Virus record (IMG/VR): IMGVR_UViG_3300028602_000019 | Location: 1-52,984 of that record | Direction: 5' to 3' (one strand) | From: a virus | DNA: 52,984 nt | Shown: piece after piece, positions 1 through 7,368 of the stretch | Numbering within the stretch: the first letter of the stretch is position 1 | How the letters are laid out: each line of letters starts with the position of its first letter | Notes under the pieces: generated by a model | The model's database searches: none | Told to the model about the DNA's origin: nothing | What the model saw: only the letters and a program-made list of their open reading frames with translations | Made by a program: the position numbers and the translations under genes

Positions 1-127
1 TCCTCTGAAGTCGGAAGCATATCTTAAGTACAGTATAGATAAAGGAAAGCGTAGGATATGCTATGTGGAATATGTGAAGATAGAGAGAGTGTAGATTAGA
101 TATGATGAGGATAGTAGGGTGTGTAGA
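1..127. repeat. Left inverted terminal repeat (ITR)
   Basis: 1-127 is the exact reverse complement of 52858-52984, checked base by base. The first mismatch is 128 vs 52857. Confidence 0.95.
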
Positions 128-129
128 GC

Positions 130-357
130 GTGGAGGAGAGAGGGAAGGGAGATATATGTACATACGAGACTGCGGATAAGGAGGGGTATAGGGGAGGGGA
201 ATACATATCGTTGGATATAGCTAGTATGATTGTAGTGGGTTGGGAGATGGATAATCTTATAGATGATTGTATGAAGAGAGAGAAGAGAACAGAACAGAAG
301 ATATTGAATAGTATAGCGAAGATGAGTGTATTGAAGAGTACGTATAGAGTTGATTGA
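130..357 (+). CDS. Terminal-family protein, short member
   Basis: GTG-start ORF beginning 3 nt after the ITR. Its C-terminal half shares the pattern (S/D)(I/S)A..(I/L)(V/I)..W...(I)D with the three other terminal genes. The mRNA is almost cytosine-free. Confidence 0.4.
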   Translation: MEERGKGDICTYETADKEGYRGGEYISLDIASMIVVGWEMDNLIDDCMKREKRTEQKILNSIAKMSVLKSTYRVD

Positions 358-358
358 T

Positions 359-697
359 ATGAAGACAGGATTCTACTATCACAGTGATGAGAAGGGAGAA
401 CGCATATTGTTCATCTTCGACGAGGGAAACCCGTGGGAAGCATGGTATTCCTCTACTACCAACGAATTGTCAAGCGTGATGATGTGGCCTTCAGGGATAG
501 GGATATGTCAATTTGAAAGTGCAATCCCCATCTCGGAGCAGAGCGCACATGCTCTGTTGCAGTCGTGGCATAAGAATATGATAGATAAGATAGATATGGA
601 GTATGAAATGTCTAAGAAAAGATTGGAAGAGAAATGGGGTTGGAGTGAAGTGGTATTCAATAAGGGAAAGAGTTTTCAGGGTATACATCTGAGATGA
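359..697 (+). CDS. Terminal-family protein
   Basis: The ORF track gives 350..697 with a TTG start. The ATG at 359 gives MKTGFYYHSDEKGE, mirroring MKKGWYYSEKGE of the right-end gene. It sits 1 nt after the upstream stop. Confidence 0.55.
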   Translation: MKTGFYYHSDEKGERILFIFDEGNPWEAWYSSTTNELSSVMMWPSGIGICQFESAIPISEQSAHALLQSWHKNMIDKIDMEYEMSKKRLEEKWGWSEVVFNKGKSFQGIHLR

Positions 698-796
698 TTA
701 TACTTATGTCTTCCTGCTTCTAATCTATTCTTGATTACTGTATATTCATCTATGAGGATATTAGAGGATTGTTGATAGGCACGTGTTTGTATGAGA

Positions 797-1729
797 TTAA
801 GTAAATCCTGCAATAGTACAATCTAAACGATTGATATACTTATGAATAAGATGCTTGGAATCACAATGTATACTGAATCCTATATATGATTGAAGCGATT
901 GCATAGAATGAGAAGTTATAGGAACATGATGATGAATATTATATATAATAAAATTGATAGATTTAATAAGAGAATGCTTTATTCTTTTTCTAAGTCTTGT
1001 ATAATCATGCCTGAATACAAATCCTAAAAAATCTATTCCTCTAGATTCTACAGGAAATATCTGATAATTTTTCTTGAGTTTCAATTTGAGATTATTAGTA
1101 ATGTATATATTTATGAAGTTCAAATATCTATGAAGTTGCAATTTATTTGAATATAATATAACAATATCATCCATATATCTATAATAATATTTTATACCAA
1201 GATTCTCTTTACAATAATGGTCAAAATAAGATAAATAGAAATTACTGAAATATTGACTTGCATAATTACCTATTGGAATACCTGTTGAAGGAGCAGTGTA
1301 TATTATGATGTGTATAAGATTTAATGTCTGTTTACATTTTATCTTCTTACATATTAATGAGTACAATATATCTCTATCTACATTTTCGAAATAATGATGC
1401 ACATCCAATTTAAGGCAATACTTAGTTCCGATTGGGTCTTGCTTGAGTGTTTGCTTTACAGATTTGGCAGCCTTATGTAATCCTTTATCTGGAATCGCTG
1501 CATATGTAGTTTCTATAAATGTAGATTTCAATATTGGCCCAACAACTTGTAAAAGGCAATGCTGAATTATTCTATCTGGAAAAGTACGAGTGTAGTTCAG
1601 TGTGCGATATTTACCGCTTTCATAAATCTGCCTGGTATTATATTTGGAGGGTACATAAGATTCTTCCGATAATATCTGTTCTATTGCATCAATATATGGT
1701 GCAGGATTGGATAAAATAAGAACAGACAA
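797..1729 (-). CDS. DGR-type reverse transcriptase
   Basis: Carries the YMDD catalytic box (YRYMDDIVIL) and the DGR-typical IGNYASQYFSNFYL motif. The open frame continues upstream to 1837 without a canonical start (see findings). Confidence 0.85.
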   Translation of the reverse strand: MSVLILSNPAPYIDAIEQILSEESYVPSKYNTRQIYESGKYRTLNYTRTFPDRIIQHCLLQVVGPILKSTFIETTYAAIPDKGLHKAAKSVKQTLKQDPIGTKYCLKLDVHHYFENVDRDILYSLICKKIKCKQTLNLIHIIIYTAPSTGIPIGNYASQYFSNFYLSYFDHYCKENLGIKYYYRYMDDIVILYSNKLQLHRYLNFINIYITNNLKLKLKKNYQIFPVESRGIDFLGFVFRHDYTRLRKRIKHSLIKSINFIIYNIHHHVPITSHSMQSLQSYIGFSIHCDSKHLIHKYINRLDCTIAGFT

Positions 1730-1964
1730 ATAATCCTTATGTCCTTTACAGGCATTATGTATTGCTGATATAATGTTATCTCTGGATTTTATTGTATCAT
1801 ATAAATTTCCTTTTCTTCTTATGCTTATCCCTTCTATCTATCTATTATTTCGTTTTCCCCTAGAGTACCAACGAAAGTGGGGTTTAATTTACTAGATGTT
1901 TTGTCAAGAGGCATGGTTATGTGGTCTTGTTGTCCATGTGGACTGTAAGTATTTTGTAGATATT

Positions 1965-2100
1965 CGAGCACCAATGTTAGTGTTAGTATTAGTAGCAGAA
2001 TTGCTCACACGCAAATAGAAGAACCCCGCAAAAGTACCGCCGTTCCAATAACCTCCAAAATAAGGGAAATCAGAAGCACCGACAAAGCCATTGTTGCTGT
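1965..2100 (-). repeat. DGR template repeat (TR)
   Basis: Aligns to 2163-2298 at a constant offset of 198, with 15 mismatches. Ten fall where the TR coding strand has A. The TR lies between the target gene and the RT. Confidence 0.85.
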
Positions 2101-2121
2101 GCCACATCACCGTTAAAAGAC

Positions 2122-2136
2122 GCAAAGTACCTTTGC
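2122..2136 (-). promoter_or_regulatory. Short hairpin just 3' of the VR-bearing gene
   Basis: GCAAAG-TAC-CTTTGC is a perfect 6-bp stem with a 3-nt loop, 5 nt after the stop of ORF 2141..3307. Confidence 0.4.
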
Positions 2137-2140
2137 TTTA

Positions 2141-3307
2141 TTACTCACCCCCATAAGATAGCCGAGCACCAATCGCACTGCTAGTATTAGTAGCAGAATT
2201 GCTCACACGCAAATAGAAGAACCCCGCAAAAGCACCGCCGCTCCAATAACCCCCAAAATAAGGGAAACCAGAAGCAACGACAACGCCATAGTCGCAATAG
2301 TATTTTGTTTCATTTCCGCTTGCTGTAGAGGTAGGCAGGAATCCTGATTGTTCTCCTCCTAATGAAGCAGAGAAATATCCATCTACACCAGCAGATAACC
2401 CCGTATCTATTGTGGCATATCCTGTGCCTGTCGTGTTGGCAATATCTCCTACTTGTATGTTATAATTAGCATCTGTTTTCAATCCGCCAATCAACTCGAA
2501 AATGTTTCCCCACATGTCTTCTTGCCACAAGAACGAGACCCTCGATGTGCTGGACGATGTGTTTCCGTACATACCATACTCATTTACCAAAGTGTTATTA
2601 GCACCTGTGTACTGTTTTACGCTTCCTCCAACATACCCGTTGCCTAAATATGCTTGAGAATCGGTATTTTTGAATAATAATACATATAACATCTGAATAA
2701 ATGTTAAATTGTTGTACAGAGTTATATCATATCCACTTCCTGCACCTGATTGAGCGTATGTAATGAAATCAGTTAAACTACCGTAAACAGTAGGGCTTAC
2801 TCCTGTCCTCGAAGTCAATACGTTTGAGGCATTATATGTTTTATAGCATCCACTTTCGAAGTAATTCCTAACCACCCCATTCCTTGAGAAGTGCCAATCG
2901 GAATATCCTTCTCCTTTGACATTTGAAAATTTGATACTAACGACTGTTCCTGCTTTACTCATTTTCGTATATATTTTTTCAAAATGGGTGAACTTGTTAG
3001 CTGTTGTCGATACAGTATTTCCATCTATGTCTTTAGTCAAGTCTGTTTTCATTAAACGAGTAACAGTTGAACCAACACGCATTACAGGATATATCAAATC
3101 CCATAATGGACATCCGACCCAATCACCAGCAGTAAATGTGCCTATATTGGACATTGGTGAATAGCCTGCACAATCGTCTGTATATGTACATCTTGCATAT
3201 GGGTCTGCAACAGATTCATCTATCTCTACCCCCGCTATCCAATTGGTTGGAAAGGGGTGTGGCCCATGTGATTTAGACATCATCAATCTTCTGAACATCG
3301 AACTCAT
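2141..3307 (-). CDS. DGR target protein: tail-fibre/receptor-binding protein with C-type-lectin/FGE-like C-terminus
   Basis: Contains the VR at its C-terminus. The motif WQEDMWGNIFELIGG resembles the GNVWEW signature of DGR variable proteins. Its ATGA start overlaps the stop of the tail-fibre gene. Confidence 0.75.
   Translation of the reverse strand: MSSMFRRLMMSKSHGPHPFPTNWIAGVEIDESVADPYARCTYTDDCAGYSPMSNIGTFTAGDWVGCPLWDLIYPVMRVGSTVTRLMKTDLTKDIDGNTVSTTANKFTHFEKIYTKMSKAGTVVSIKFSNVKGEGYSDWHFSRNGVVRNYFESGCYKTYNASNVLTSRTGVSPTVYGSLTDFITYAQSGAGSGYDITLYNNLTFIQMLYVLLFKNTDSQAYLGNGYVGGSVKQYTGANNTLVNEYGMYGNTSSSTSRVSFLWQEDMWGNIFELIGGLKTDANYNIQVGDIANTTGTGYATIDTGLSAGVDGYFSASLGGEQSGFLPTSTASGNETKYYCDYGVVVASGFPYFGGYWSGGAFAGFFYLRVSNSATNTSSAIGARLSYGGE
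2163..2298 (-). repeat. DGR variable repeat (VR) in the 3' end of the target gene
   Basis: Partner of the TR. It encodes the last ~45 residues (YCDYGVVVASGFPYFGGYWSGGAFAGFFYLRVSNSATNTSSAIGAR) of ORF 2141..3307. Confidence 0.85.
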
Positions 3308-6300
3308 TGAGCTTCACCCCATACTCCAATCCCATTCAAGAAGGACACGACATACGATTTGCTTACTGCAAAGGTAGGGTCTGCATCTATCCACGTGCAC
3401 CCTGACGAATCAGTGAATGTGAACGATGTGCTAGAAGTGAAATAAATGATTATCTCCGAATCGGAAACAGGTACAGTATTGATGGTCAATGATGTCAATC
3501 CGCCTGATACAGTATATTTATATATGTTATTGGCAACAGGTGTCAGAGTAACAGATGCAGTACTGCTATCAGTGTTAATGGTCTGAACAGTTACCTTTGT
3601 TATTAATGCAGTATCTACGTATGACTTAGGAGTTGCACTATTTGCATCAGGTGGAGTTGAGTTAACTCTTATATCACCTGCACCAGCACGAAACACTAGT
3701 GTCCCACTTCCTCCAGTTGCACTGCTTGAAGCATCGTATGACCCTTGACTGCCATCAGTATTCTTTGCATAGATTTTAACAAATGTTGATGTGCCACTCA
3801 CTTTATCTACTTTAGTTGTATCGCTAGGATGAACATGGTCTCCGCGTGCAAAGGATGCGGTTTCTGTACCAGCACCTGCCGTTCCATCCATCGCAGGAGT
3901 AGTGGCAGATGCTTTAGCATGACCATAATCTGTTGCAGAAGATACACCATATGTTGTTGCAGATGAAGCATGAGATGTTGGTGCTTTACTTGTAAATTGT
4001 GTCTGAATAGCACTTGTAACTCCTGCAACATATCCTAACTCTGTGCTAGTAACTGCTGAAACATCTACTTTACCAGACGCATCAGAGACTAGTGCTTTAG
4101 ATGTTGTCAAGTTAGAAGATACAATTGTTGTTGCTGCTCCTGTTATAACATTCTGCTTATTAGACAATGCTGTATACACTGCACCGCTTGTAATTGCAAC
4201 GGTATTTCCACTTACAGGGGATGTATCTAACGTCTGCCATATTCCTGTTCCGCTTCCATCACTACTCCAATACTGTCCACTCGTACCAACTGTAGTTGGA
4301 GGATATACAGTTATCTCTGATATATTTGTGATGTGTCCTGAAGCGTTATAAGTTATAGCAGGTATAGCAGTTGTGGACCCTATTGAACCTGCTGTGATAG
4401 ATGCAAGATGATTCAGAGTTGTTCCTGAAAATGATAAACCTGTTCCTGCCGATATTATGTCTTGTTTTCCTGTAATCACTTGACTTAATACATATCCTTG
4501 ATGAGATGACAGGGCTTTCCCATCTACATATGCTGAATCTGTCAATGCATCTATCACGAGGCAATGACCATAATTAGAAGTTGTTCCTAATCCGTATGTA
4601 GAATCTGATGAAGCATGAGATGTTGATGCCTTACCTGTCAATGCAGATTCCACGTTAGAATTAATGGTATGCTGAGATAAGATTGTTCCTCCATCGTTTT
4701 GATAGACTTGGTCAGTAGAAATGAATCCTCCAGACCTGCTGAAATACACATACTCATTGGAAGCTATATCTGTTTCCATATTGATTGTCTGAGTATCTGC
4801 TCCATCTTTTACGATACGGAACGCCAGATTGAATTGAGTTCCTGCTAGAGCATCATACTGCGTATATAAAGCATAAGGTACAGTCACAGTTGCAGTATAC
4901 ACCGTACTCGCTGCCGTGAATATGACCGCTTGACCTAATGGTATTTCTGCTATGATTGTGTCTACTGAATCATATATTGCATGTAATACAGGTCTCCATG
5001 TGTATTTAGTTCCGATATTAAGATTTGCAAGTCTGGTATGATATCTCATAACGGTTTGAGTGTCATAAGAGCTAGCTAATGGCGCAGTATAGAACAAATC
5101 TTTTTGTATTGCAGTAGTTCCTACGAGTGATATGCTTGCGCTAACATCTGATGTCGGTTTGGTCGCACCCATCGTAGTAGATGTATCCATATAGAAATAT
5201 TGAATTACTCCTGATGGCATATCTCCAAGCTGTGCTGAAAAAATATCTTCAGTTTCACCTCTCTCAATAGTTATATTTGCTCCTGCTACTGAGTATTTTT
5301 GCTTTCCATCCAATGCATTTTGCAAATCAGTCTGACTGGCTAATGTTCCTGTGATGGCACCCCATGCAACTGCTGAGGCTGTAGGATTGGCAAGTACCCA
5401 TGAATATGTTCCTCCCGATTCCCTGCAAGCATAGAAATAGAATTGAGTATATACGTCTGTTGCACCTATATATTGATATACTTTATCTACATAATCAATG
5501 GATGCTAGAGGTAATTCTAAAACCGCATTGAGTTGCGCTTCAGATTCAATATTATCTAGTTTTGATTTCAATATATCTGTAAAATCATTTGCAGATAATT
5601 CTTTACCTGAAACTTTATCTACTTTACCATCTAATGAAGTATATAATCCTCCACTTGTAACTGGATTCAAACTAGATTCTACGGGTGTAGAATCGAATGT
5701 TAATTCAGATTGTTTTCCATTCCAGGATGATATTTGTACATCTGTTACAACTCTGTGTGTGGAATCATCGGATAAATCAGACAGTGTGGTAGGAACATAT
5801 ATATTTACATTCTTTCCTATTATTTCTATTGGAGTTGAATTTTTAGAGATGGACTCTATTACATTTACTTGTGCACCTGTAGCGATATTCGTAAGCTTTA
5901 TTTCAAAATCATCTGTGAAATCATTAGTAGATAAGCCTTTTCCATCCACTTTATCAACTTTAGATTGGTTTGCAGTATATACTCCTCCAGAAGTTACAGG
6001 GTTGATAGATTCTGAAATCGGAGACGAATCAAAGGTCAATGCGTCTTGTTTACTATTCCAGTCACTTTTTTCTGAATCTGAAACAACTCTATGTGTAGAA
6101 TCTTCAGATAATTCAGATAAAGCAGTAGGAACCAACACATCTACACTTTTATCTGTATTTACGAGAGCTACACCATTCTTTTTTACAACTTCTATGATAT
6201 TAACTTCTGCATTTGCTTCAATCCCATCTACTTTATTTTTGTAATCATTGGTAAAATCATTAGTGGATAATTCTTTACCTGCTTCTTTATCTACTTTGAG

Positions 6301-7317
6301 TATCAAAGAATCATGAATCCCATTGGACGTTACAGGATTTGTACTATCTTCTGTCGGAGTGTTGTCAAACGTTAATTGGTCTTGTTTATTATCCCAGTCA
6401 GATATCTGAGTGTCAGTCACTAATCTATGGGTGGAATCGTCAGATAAATCTGATAAAGCAGTAGGAACATATATATTTATGTTTTTGTTTATAATTTCAA
6501 TAGGTGTTCCATTTTCAGAGATGGATTCTATGATATTGACTTGAGCACCTGTTTGTATTGTTGCTAATTTGTTAAAGTCTACTTGAGAATATATAGTCAT
6601 CCAAGAAGTAATCTGAGAAGGGTCTGCACCAACACACAGATAAATATTCTTCTCATAAGCTCCTGCCGTTATAATTGCAAAATCAGGAGGAGATGCTGTT
6701 GTTAAAGTGGTTAGCAAACTAGGGTCTGTTATGAAGAATTCGTCTACTATGACTCCTCCTGGAATGAATCTGGAAGGAATCAAAGAATCTACTAGATACG
6801 GCATATTCAATATGACTTGTTGTGTAGCTCCTGAAAGAGTAGTGAATGTTAGAACAGGGCGGTCTTCTTCTGCATCTTCTGAATATTCTGTGCTGATATG
6901 TGCTTTGTTTGTTAATTGTAAGACTTCATTAGTATAAGTAGAATCATCCGATGGGGATATTACAGGAGAATAGCTAATATAAATCTGACTTTGTTGCGAT
7001 AACTCTATTGTAGTATAATCTTCAGATGTGAATTGTATATTAAATTTAAGATTGGTTTTTGAAGCATTAGCAGTTAATTCATAGGGTATCTGGAATATGT
7101 CACCTGTGATAAGATATCTGGGTTTGTATTTACCTAATATATCTGATTCGAGATAACAATCGAATAATATCTCTTTCGAATACGTATCATACATCTCTGG
7201 AAAATCAAAAGATAGAATAGTGGAATTATTGTCTCCTGCAACAGATTCTGCTTGTTGACCTGTTAACCTAAGTTTTCTAGTATCAGAACCTTCATAAATA
7301 TATTTCACTGTTTGCAT
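3304..7317 (-). CDS. Large tail fibre protein (1337 aa)
   Basis: Supported by its size, its position at the distal end of the tail module, three ~113-aa tandem repeats with the fibre motif GK(E/G)LS(T/A)NDFT, and SHASS..TYG......YGH repeats. Confidence 0.7.
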   Translation of the reverse strand: MQTVKYIYEGSDTRKLRLTGQQAESVAGDNNSTILSFDFPEMYDTYSKEILFDCYLESDILGKYKPRYLITGDIFQIPYELTANASKTNLKFNIQFTSEDYTTIELSQQSQIYISYSPVISPSDDSTYTNEVLQLTNKAHISTEYSEDAEEDRPVLTFTTLSGATQQVILNMPYLVDSLIPSRFIPGGVIVDEFFITDPSLLTTLTTASPPDFAIITAGAYEKNIYLCVGADPSQITSWMTIYSQVDFNKLATIQTGAQVNIIESISENGTPIEIINKNINIYVPTALSDLSDDSTHRLVTDTQISDWDNKQDQLTFDNTPTEDSTNPVTSNGIHDSLILKVDKEAGKELSTNDFTNDYKNKVDGIEANAEVNIIEVVKKNGVALVNTDKSVDVLVPTALSELSEDSTHRVVSDSEKSDWNSKQDALTFDSSPISESINPVTSGGVYTANQSKVDKVDGKGLSTNDFTDDFEIKLTNIATGAQVNVIESISKNSTPIEIIGKNVNIYVPTTLSDLSDDSTHRVVTDVQISSWNGKQSELTFDSTPVESSLNPVTSGGLYTSLDGKVDKVSGKELSANDFTDILKSKLDNIESEAQLNAVLELPLASIDYVDKVYQYIGATDVYTQFYFYACRESGGTYSWVLANPTASAVAWGAITGTLASQTDLQNALDGKQKYSVAGANITIERGETEDIFSAQLGDMPSGVIQYFYMDTSTTMGATKPTSDVSASISLVGTTAIQKDLFYTAPLASSYDTQTVMRYHTRLANLNIGTKYTWRPVLHAIYDSVDTIIAEIPLGQAVIFTAASTVYTATVTVPYALYTQYDALAGTQFNLAFRIVKDGADTQTINMETDIASNEYVYFSRSGGFISTDQVYQNDGGTILSQHTINSNVESALTGKASTSHASSDSTYGLGTTSNYGHCLVIDALTDSAYVDGKALSSHQGYVLSQVITGKQDIISAGTGLSFSGTTLNHLASITAGSIGSTTAIPAITYNASGHITNISEITVYPPTTVGTSGQYWSSDGSGTGIWQTLDTSPVSGNTVAITSGAVYTALSNKQNVITGAATTIVSSNLTTSKALVSDASGKVDVSAVTSTELGYVAGVTSAIQTQFTSKAPTSHASSATTYGVSSATDYGHAKASATTPAMDGTAGAGTETASFARGDHVHPSDTTKVDKVSGTSTFVKIYAKNTDGSQGSYDASSSATGGSGTLVFRAGAGDIRVNSTPPDANSATPKSYVDTALITKVTVQTINTDSSTASVTLTPVANNIYKYTVSGGLTSLTINTVPVSDSEIIIYFTSSTSFTFTDSSGCTWIDADPTFAVSKSYVVSFLNGIGVWGEAQ
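5530..6552 (-). repeat. Three tandem ~340-nt (~113-aa) coding repeats inside the tail fibre gene
   Basis: Residues ~256-595 repeat GAQVN(I/V)IE...VPT(A/T)LS(D/E)LS(D/E)DSTHR.V.D...S.W..KQ..LTFD..P..S.NPVTS.G......KVDK..GK.LS.NDFT. Similarity is also visible at the nucleotide level. Confidence 0.85.
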
Positions 7318-7335
7318 GAGAAGATACCCTGATAC

Positions 7336-7364
7336 AGGATATGATATTTAGAAATATAAAGAAG
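7336..7364 (-). promoter_or_regulatory. Late promoter motif copy 1 (TTTATATTTCTAA on minus strand)
   Basis: Shared 13-nt TATA-like core plus a downstream ATCATATCCT-like box, ~38 nt upstream of the ATG at 7317. Confidence 0.6.
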
Positions 7365-7368
7365 AGGT

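Larger units (their letters stand above)
797..3307 (-). mobile_element. Diversity-generating retroelement cassette (target gene with VR, then TR, then RT)
   Basis: An RT gene with DGR-type motifs lies next to a 136-nt template/variable repeat pair whose mismatches are biased to template adenines. All three parts are co-oriented. Confidence 0.85.

Noticed and set aside
140-210. Possible G-quadruplex from the G-runs GGGAAGGGAG ... GGAGGGGTATAGGGGAGGGG
   Set aside because: Only three G-tracts of 3 or more are closely spaced, and the fourth is ~35 nt away. No canonical four-tract motif is present, and the G-richness is better described as part of the broader terminal C-depletion.
1838-1840. TAG read-through (for example pyrrolysine decoding) to supply the RT with an upstream start
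   Set aside because: The same frame hits a TAA 17 codons further upstream with no ATG, GTG or TTG in between, so read-through does not solve the missing start. TAG also appears to be used as an ordinary stop elsewhere (for example 45123-45125 and 49363-49365).
1904-2125. 73-aa minus-strand ORF resembling the C-terminus of the DGR target protein
   Set aside because: It coincides with the DGR template repeat. The similarity is the TR/VR repeat itself. There is no ribosome-binding site or independent N-terminal domain, so it is treated as non-coding template RNA rather than a gene.
5498-6244. 248-aa plus-strand ORF, with similar long ORFs at 12436..13134, 16661..16975, 18780..19265, 24293..24811 and 25640..26086
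   Set aside because: All lie antisense inside long, well-supported minus-strand structural genes. They have low-complexity Ser/Leu/Phe-rich translations typical of shadow ORFs in biased sequence.
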